A stretch of DNA of 64,000 nt. Origin: Actinomycetales bacterium. Lineage in GTDB: Bacteria > Actinomycetota > Actinomycetes > Actinomycetales > Dermatophilaceae. Made by a program: the position numbers and the translations under genes. Each line of letters opens with the position of its first letter. Position 1 is the first letter of the stretch. The notes beneath the pieces were generated by a model. It was given only the letters and a program-made list of their open reading frames with translations. It made no database searches and was not told the origin of the DNA. The stretch lies in the NCBI GenBank assembly GCA_038330415.1, contig JBBQNZ010000001.1, forward strand, positions 16,467 through 80,466. Reading direction: 5' to 3'. This document shows, piece after piece, positions 58,559 to 64,000 of the stretch.

Positions 58559-59374
58559 TTACCGAGCGCGGGCGTCGCGCCAGGCCACGAGGTCACGCAC
58601 CGGACCGAGGTCGTAGTCGGGCCCGCTCAGGCCCACCGTGAAGAGCCGGGTGCCGACGTCGTAGAGCGCCTCGGCGCCGGCGGCGTAGTCGCCGACGTCC
58701 TCGGGAAGCCGCCCCGGTGTCGGGGACACCCCCGACGACCGCTCGATCTCGGCGGGGTCGCGCCCGATCTTGGCGCACCACTCGTCGAGCACGGCGTGCT
58801 TGTGGGCAATCGTGTCGGGCTCGCCGAAGCCGTGCCAGATGTCGGCCTGCTCGGCAACGATGCGCAGCGTCTTGCGCTCGCCACCGCCACCGATGAGCAC
58901 CGGGATGTCGCGCGTCGGCGCCGGGTTGAGCTTGGCCCAGCGCGACTTGATGAGGGGCAGGTCGCGGTCGAGCGCGTCGAGCCGCCCTCCGGCCGTGCCG
59001 AACTCGTAGCCGTACTCGTCGTAGTCGCGCTCGAACCAGCCCGACCCGATGCCGAGGATCAGCCGGCCGTCGCTGATGTGGTCGACGGTGCGGGCCATGT
59101 CGGCGAGCAGCTGCGGGTTGCGGTAGCTGTTGCACGTCACCAGGGCGCCGATCTCGACCCGCGAGGTCGCCTCGGCCCAGGCGCCGAGCACCGTCCAGCA
59201 CTCGAAGTGGGCGCCGTCAGCGGGGCCGTAGAGCGGGTAGAAGTGGTCCCAGGTGAAGACCACGTCGACCCCGATCTCCTCGGCGTCGGCGCAGGCCTGC
59301 CGGATCGAGGCGTACGTGGAGTGCTGGGGCTGCAGCTGCACCCCGATCCGCACGGGACGGTCGACCCCGGTCAC
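58559..59374 (-). CDS. LLM-class (luciferase-like) F420-dependent oxidoreductase
   Basis: 271 aa TIM-barrel LLM pattern ([33 protein letters not shown]). GTG overlaps the glgC stop. Confidence 0.82.
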   Translation of the reverse strand: MTGVDRPVRIGVQLQPQHSTYASIRQACADAEEIGVDVVFTWDHFYPLYGPADGAHFECWTVLGAWAEATSRVEIGALVTCNSYRNPQLLADMARTVDHISDGRLILGIGSGWFERDYDEYGYEFGTAGGRLDALDRDLPLIKSRWAKLNPAPTRDIPVLIGGGGERKTLRIVAEQADIWHGFGEPDTIAHKHAVLDEWCAKIGRDPAEIERSSGVSPTPGRLPEDVGDYAAGAEALYDVGTRLFTVGLSGPDYDLGPVRDLVAWRDARAR

Positions 59375-60630
59375 GGGGTGACCACTTGGCCCTTGCCGAC
59401 GACGGTGATGCCGGACTCGGTGACCGAGAAGCCGCGCTCGAGGTCACGCGCCGGGTCGTAGCCGATCGAGGTGGCCTCGGGGATGACCACGTTCTTGTCG
59501 ATGATCGCCCGCTGGATGCGGCAGTTCCGACCGATCTGCACGCCGTCGAGGATGACGCTGCTGTCGACCTCGGTGTAGCTGTGGACGTGCACGTCGGGGG
59601 AGACGACCGAGCCGTTGATCCGGGCCCCGGAGATGACCACACCGGGGGAGACGGCCGAGTTCAGCGCCTCGCCGAACCGGCCGTGGTCGCCGTGCACGAA
59701 CTTGGCCGGCGGGTAGGGGCCGTAGCTCGTGTAGATCGGCCAGTCGTAGTTGTAGAGGTTGAAGACCGGGTGGATCGACACGAGGTCCATGTGCGCGTCG
59801 AAGTAGGAGTCCATCGTCCCCACGTCGCGCCAGTAGCCCATGTCGCGCTCGGTGCCGCCGGGGATGACGTTGTTCTTGAAGTCGTAGGCGAACGCGTCGC
59901 CCTGCTCGACCAGGGCGGGCACGATGTCGCCGCCCATGTCGTGCTTGGACCCCTTGAGGGTCGCGTCGGCGTGGACGGCATCCATGAGCACGTCGGCGTC
60001 GAACACGTAGTTGCCCATGCTGGCGAGGATCTCGCCGGGGGAGTCGGGCAGTCCGTCGGGGGCGGTCGGCTTCTCGAGGAACGCCCTGATCCTGGTGGGG
60101 TCGTCGGGCACGACGTCGATGACGCCGAACTCGGTCGACATCGCGATGGGCTGGCGGATGGCGGCCACGGTCACCCCCGCGCCGGACTCGACGTGCTGCT
60201 CGACCATCTGCGAGAAGTCCATCCGGTACACGTGGTCCGCACCGACCACCACGACGATGTCGGGCTTCTCGTCGGTGATCGTGTTGAAGCTCTGGAAGAT
60301 CGCGTCGGCGCTGCCCTGGTACCAGGACTTGTCGATGCGCTGCTGGGCCGGGATGGGCGCGACGTAGTTGCCGAGCATCGTCGACATCCGCCACGTCCGG
60401 GTCACGTGCCGGTCCAGGCTGTGCGACTTGTACTGGGTGAGCACGACGACCTTGAGGTAGCCCGAGTTCACCACGTTGGACAACGCGAAGTCGATGAGCC
60501 GGTAGATGCCACCGAACGGCACCGCCGGCTTGGCTCGGTCGGCCGTGAGCGGCATCAGCCGTTTTCCCTCCCCGCCGGCGAGGACGATGACCAGGACCTT
60601 TGGACCTCCGCTGCGGTACGCCATGGGCAC
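59371..60630 (-). CDS. glgC: Glucose-1-phosphate adenylyltransferase
   Basis: [26 protein letters not shown]-terminal motif and a left-handed beta-helix C-terminus. Start at GTG 60630 or ATG 60624. Confidence 0.95.
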   Translation of the reverse strand: MPMAYRSGGPKVLVIVLAGGEGKRLMPLTADRAKPAVPFGGIYRLIDFALSNVVNSGYLKVVVLTQYKSHSLDRHVTRTWRMSTMLGNYVAPIPAQQRIDKSWYQGSADAIFQSFNTITDEKPDIVVVVGADHVYRMDFSQMVEQHVESGAGVTVAAIRQPIAMSTEFGVIDVVPDDPTRIRAFLEKPTAPDGLPDSPGEILASMGNYVFDADVLMDAVHADATLKGSKHDMGGDIVPALVEQGDAFAYDFKNNVIPGGTERDMGYWRDVGTMDSYFDAHMDLVSIHPVFNLYNYDWPIYTSYGPYPPAKFVHGDHGRFGEALNSAVSPGVVISGARINGSVVSPDVHVHSYTEVDSSVILDGVQIGRNCRIQRAIIDKNVVIPEATSIGYDPARDLERGFSVTESGITVVGKGQVVTP

Positions 60631-60688
60631 ACGCTAGTGGGGTCCCTCCCTCCCCGCGACGCCGCGAACCTCACTAGGGTGAGTTTTC

Positions 60689-61897
60689 GTGCGAATCGAC
60701 ATCCTCAGCAAGGAGTACCCCCCGGCGATCTACGGCGGAGCGGGGGTCCACGTGGCCGAGCTGGTCAGGGCGCTGCGCGAGCGCGGTGACCTCGACGTGC
60801 GGGTGCACGCGTTCGGCGAGCCCCGTGAGGAGGAAGGCACCACCGGTCACCCCGATCTGGCCGAGCTCGCCGGCGCGAACGCCGCGCTCACCACACTGGG
60901 GGTCGACCTGTTGCTCGCTGCCGCCTGCGAGGGAGCCGACCTCGTGCACTCGCACACCTGGTACGCCAACATGGGCGGCCACCTGGCGGCGCTGATGGGC
61001 GACATCCCGCACGTGGTCAGCGCGCACAGCCTGGAGCCGATGCGGCCGTGGAAGGCCGAGCAGCTCGGCGGCGGCTACCGCGTGTCGTCGTGGGTCGAGA
61101 AGACCGCCTACGAGGCGGCGGATGCCGTGATCGCCGTCAGTGCGGGCATGCGCGAGGACATCCTGCGCTCCTACCCGTCGATCGACCCCGACCGCGTCAA
61201 GGTGGTGCACAACGGCATCGACTCGCAGCTGTGGGCTGCTCGGCGCGACGAGGAGGTCGTGCGGCGGCACGGCGTCGACCCCGACCGGCCGAGCGTCATC
61301 TTCGTCGGCCGCATCACGCGGCAGAAGGGGCTGCCCTACCTGCTGCGCGCGGCGGCCGAGCTGCCGCCCGAGGTCCAGCTTGTGCTGCTGGCCGGCGCCC
61401 CCGACACCCCTGAGATCAAGGCTGAGGTCGAGAGCCTCATCGACACCCTTCGGGAGACCCGCGACGGCGTGGTGTGGGTGCCGACCATGCTGCCGCGCAA
61501 CGAGGTCGTGGCGATGCTGAGCAGCGCCACCGTGTTCGTCTGCCCGTCGGTCTACGAGCCCCTCGGCATCGTCAACCTCGAGGCGATGGCGTGCGAGCTG
61601 CCGGTGGTCGCGACGGCGACCGGCGGCATCCCCGAGGTCGTCGTGCACGGCGAGACCGGCTGGCTCGTGCCCATCGACCAGGTGCAGGACGGCACCGGCA
61701 CCCCGGTCGAACCCGACCGCTTCGTCGCCGACCTCGCAGCCGCCCTCACGGATGCCGTGAGCGACACCTCACGCGCCGAGCGGATGGGCCTGGCGGGGCG
61801 TCGCCGAGCCGTGGAGTCGTTCTCCTGGGCCTCGATCGGCGACCAGACCCACGAGGTCTACCTCGACGTGCTGAGGCGCCGGGGGGCGACGCCCTGA
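60689..61897 (+). CDS. glgA: Actinobacterial GlgA-type GT4 glycosyltransferase (glycogen synthase / maltose-1-phosphate synthase GlgM-like)
   Basis: 402 aa. GT4 C-terminal motif PSVYEPLGIVNLEAMACELPVVATATGGIPEVV. Divergent from glgC. Confidence 0.88.
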   Translation: MRIDILSKEYPPAIYGGAGVHVAELVRALRERGDLDVRVHAFGEPREEEGTTGHPDLAELAGANAALTTLGVDLLLAAACEGADLVHSHTWYANMGGHLAALMGDIPHVVSAHSLEPMRPWKAEQLGGGYRVSSWVEKTAYEAADAVIAVSAGMREDILRSYPSIDPDRVKVVHNGIDSQLWAARRDEEVVRRHGVDPDRPSVIFVGRITRQKGLPYLLRAAAELPPEVQLVLLAGAPDTPEIKAEVESLIDTLRETRDGVVWVPTMLPRNEVVAMLSSATVFVCPSVYEPLGIVNLEAMACELPVVATATGGIPEVVVHGETGWLVPIDQVQDGTGTPVEPDRFVADLAAALTDAVSDTSRAERMGLAGRRRAVESFSWASIGDQTHEVYLDVLRRRGATP

Positions 61898-61916
61898 CTC
61901 AGTTAGGGTTCTGGGC

Positions 61917-62699
<783 letters not shown>

Positions 62700-62768
62700 G
62701 CGCAGTGGGAACCGCCCACACCGGGCAAACGTCGATGTGGTGACTCACCACGGAAAGGGGGTCTGGCG

Positions 62769-63272
62769 ATGGACTGGCTGACCGACAACGTCTGGCTGTT
62801 CTGGATCGGGGCCGCACTGGTCCTGGCCGCCATCGAGGCGGCGACCGTCGACTTCGTCTTCATCATGTTCGCCGGGGGTGCGCTGGCCGCAGCCGTGGCG
62901 GCCGGGCTCGGGGCCTCCTTCCCGATCCAGGTCGTCATCGCGGTCGGGGTGGCGATCCTGCTGCTCTTCTCGGTGCGGCCCCTCATCAAACGGCAGTTCC
63001 TCGACGGCGAGGTCGACCACCAGATCGGTGCCTCGGGCCTCGTCGGGCGCCAGGCCCGCGTGCTGCAGTCCGTCACCGACAGCGATGGCCGGGTCAAGCT
63101 CGGCGGCGAGACCTGGTCGGCCCGCCTCGCTGCGGGCACCACCAGCACGGTGGGCCCGGGCGAGGAGGTGCGAGTCATCGCCATCCAGGGTGCCACCGCC
63201 ATCGTCTCGCCGGTCCCGCCCACCGACCACCCCGCCACCGGCGGGTTCACGACCACCGACCCCTACACCTGA
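62769..63272 (+). CDS. NfeD-family membrane protein
   Basis: N-terminal TM helices and a C-terminal OB-like domain (GRVKLGGETWSARL). Immediately upstream of an SPFH gene, the canonical pairing. Confidence 0.8.
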   Translation: MDWLTDNVWLFWIGAALVLAAIEAATVDFVFIMFAGGALAAAVAAGLGASFPIQVVIAVGVAILLLFSVRPLIKRQFLDGEVDHQIGASGLVGRQARVLQSVTDSDGRVKLGGETWSARLAAGTTSTVGPGEEVRVIAIQGATAIVSPVPPTDHPATGGFTTTDPYT

Positions 63273-63305
63273 CCCGCGCTCCGGCGCCCCGCGAAAGGCT
63301 GCCCC

Positions 63306-64000
63306 ATGCCGAACGGCCTACTGCCGCTCATCGTCCTGCTGCTCCTTGCCCTGTTCGTCATCATCGTGCTCGTGCGCACGGTGAAGATCGTGCCGCAGCA
63401 GACCGCGCTCATCATCGAGCGCCTCGGCCGCTACTCCCGCACGCTCGAACCGGGCCTGGCCCTGCTCGTGCCGTTCGTCGACGTCGTTCGCGCCAACATC
63501 GACCTGCGCGAGCAGGTGGTGTCGTTCCCGCCGCAACCGGTGATCACCAGCGACAACCTGGTCGTGAGCATCGACACCGTCATCTACTACCAGGTCATCG
63601 ACCCCAAGTCGGCCGTCTACGAGATCGCCAACTTCATCCAGGGCATCGAGCAGCTCACGGTCACCACGCTGCGCAACGTGATCGGCTCGCTCGACCTCGA
63701 GCAGACGCTGACCAGCCGCGACCAGATCAACGCTCAGCTGCGTGGCGTGCTCGACGAGGCCACCGGCAAGTGGGGCATCCGGGTCAACCGGGTCGAGCTC
63801 AAGGCGATCGACCCGCCGCACTCGATCCAGGAGTCGATGGAGAAGCAGATGCGGGCCGAGCGCGACCGGCGCGCCATCGTGCTCACCGCCGAGGGCAGCA
63901 AGGCCAGCCAGATCCTCACCGCCGAGGGCGAGAAGCAGAGCTCGATCCTGCGCGCCGAGGGCTCGGCCCAGGCCCGCATCCTCGAGGCGCAGGGCCAGGC
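63306..64000 (+). CDS. SPFH/band 7 (stomatin-like) protein, 3' end outside the window
   Basis: Absent from the ORF track because no stop lies in the window. I translated it by hand from ATG 63306 (preceded by GAAAGG) and it stays open to position 64000. N-terminal TM segment, then VKIVPQQTALIIERLGRY, ITSDNLVVSIDTVIYYQV, LRNVIGSLDLEQTLTSRD and WGIRVNRVELKAIDPP. Confidence 0.88.
   Translation, partial: MPNGLLPLIVLLLLALFVIIVLVRTVKIVPQQTALIIERLGRYSRTLEPGLALLVPFVDVVRANIDLREQVVSFPPQPVITSDNLVVSIDTVIYYQVIDPKSAVYEIANFIQGIEQLTVTTLRNVIGSLDLEQTLTSRDQINAQLRGVLDEATGKWGIRVNRVELKAIDPPHSIQESMEKQMRAERDRRAIVLTAEGSKASQILTAEGEKQSSILRAEGSAQARILEAQGQ

Overview
Very high-GC, densely coding chromosomal core region of an Actinomycetota-type genome. 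I call about 60 CDS. I saw no rRNA, tRNA, CRISPR array, transposase or integrase. Gene order and content resemble the Mycobacterium tuberculosis Rv1420-Rv1484 neighbourhood.

Gene order, left to right:
- Tat/lipobox Rieske protein
- uvrC-rapZ-yvcK-whiA
- a DMP19/DUF4375-like gene
- gap-pgk-tpiA-secG-rbpA
- a tightly overlapped minus-strand pentose-phosphate operon: tkt-tal-pgi-zwf-opcA-pgl plus one unknown acidic protein
- ctaB
- an ArsR-MFS pair
- a small ORF translationally coupled to a large LuxR (LAL) regulator
- ctaA plus an ABC-2 exporter
- psd-pssA
- sufR-sufB-sufD-Rieske-sufC-sufS-sufU-sufT followed by an acVLRF1-type (Vms1-like) release-factor homolog
- a membrane protein/HTH_34 pair
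- Zn peptidase, ABC-F, phosphoesterase, esterase, stand-alone TrpB2, ABC exporter
- SURF1, moaA, DUF3099-like protein, fabG-inhA
- a cyanophycin locus
- serB, an LLM oxidoreductase, glgC/glgA, an orphan ABC ATPase
- nfeD plus an SPFH gene that runs off the window end

The most unusual content is the cyanophycin locus (49.5-57.3 kb). cphB, cphA and an MFS transporter fused to a cyclic-nucleotide-binding domain lie on the minus strand. They are convergent with a second CphA-like protein. That paralog keeps the N domain and the Mur-ligase-like M domain, cleanly lacks the ATP-grasp domain, and carries a C-terminal TPR-like tail.

Many long ORFs in the supplied track are antisense or upstream read-through artefacts typical of high-GC DNA. 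True starts were chosen from conserved N-termini, Shine-Dalgarno-like motifs and start/stop overlaps (GTGA/ATGA). Internal start coordinates were derived from the ORF track plus residue index. Coordinates of small hairpins and palindromes were hand-counted and may be off by 1-2 nt. All family assignments come from recognised motifs, not from database searches.
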